Below are positions 63,691-64,000 of a stretch of 64,000 nucleotides of DNA, piece by piece. This DNA is from Octopus vulgaris (Eukaryota), in assembly GCA_951406725.2 (NCBI GenBank), contig OX597829.1, positions 41,602,001 through 41,666,000 on the forward strand, in the 5' to 3' direction. Every line of letters starts with the position of its first letter. The first letter of the stretch is position 1. The notes below the pieces were generated by a model that saw only the letters and a list, made by a program, of their open reading frames with translations, was not told the origin of the DNA and ran no database searches. The position numbers were made by a program, and so were the translations under genes.

Positions 63691-64000
63691 TGGCAGAACC
63701 GTTAGCATGCCGGGCGAAATGTGTAGCCATATTTCGTCTGCCGTTACGTTCTGAGTTCAAATTCCGCCGAGGTCAACTTTGCCTTTCGTCCTTTCGGGGT
63801 CGATAAATTAAGTACCAGTTACGCACTGGGGTCAATGTAATCTGTCCTTGTTTGTCCCCTCTATGTTTAGCCCCTTGTGGGTAATAAAGAAACAAATAAT
63901 AATAATAATGATGATGATGATGATGATGATGGCTTCATATTTATGTACAAGGCCAATAATTTCAGGGGAGGGGCTGTGTTGATTAAATTGACCTCAATGC

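Overview
Eukaryotic, AT-rich, microsatellite-saturated genomic DNA. The SINE/LINE repertoire suggests a cephalopod, probably Octopus (inference from recalled repeat families; no search was run). Two convergent host genes are visible. On + there is a PIG-B/ALG9-like (GT22) mannosyltransferase gene: exon 24881-25080 splices in phase 0 to a 1.9-kb terminal exon 39361-41250, which ends in a TPR-like module; its 5' exon(s) were not found. On - there is the last coding exon of a Rab35-like GTPase (62109-62228, ending KKKCC*), which the ORF track misses. The rest is mobile DNA: a near-intact CR1-like LINE, a 5'-truncated RTE LINE with a PHD-like finger inside its RT, R4/Dong remnants in TAA tracts, Penelope-like remnants, Tc1/mariner relics, hAT and piggyBac-type MITEs, non-autonomous Helitron-like elements and several SINE families. 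The most striking unexplained signal is nine hammerhead-ribozyme-like motifs found by eye, all Type I and mostly with minimal palindromic stem III. Three carry compensatory U3:A8 or A3:U8 cores. One sits in a 143-bp terminally redundant, retrozyme-like unit. Two belong to a non-autonomous family with a second conserved RNA structure. Most long ORFs in the supplied track are microsatellite artefacts. Repeat boundaries are approximate.
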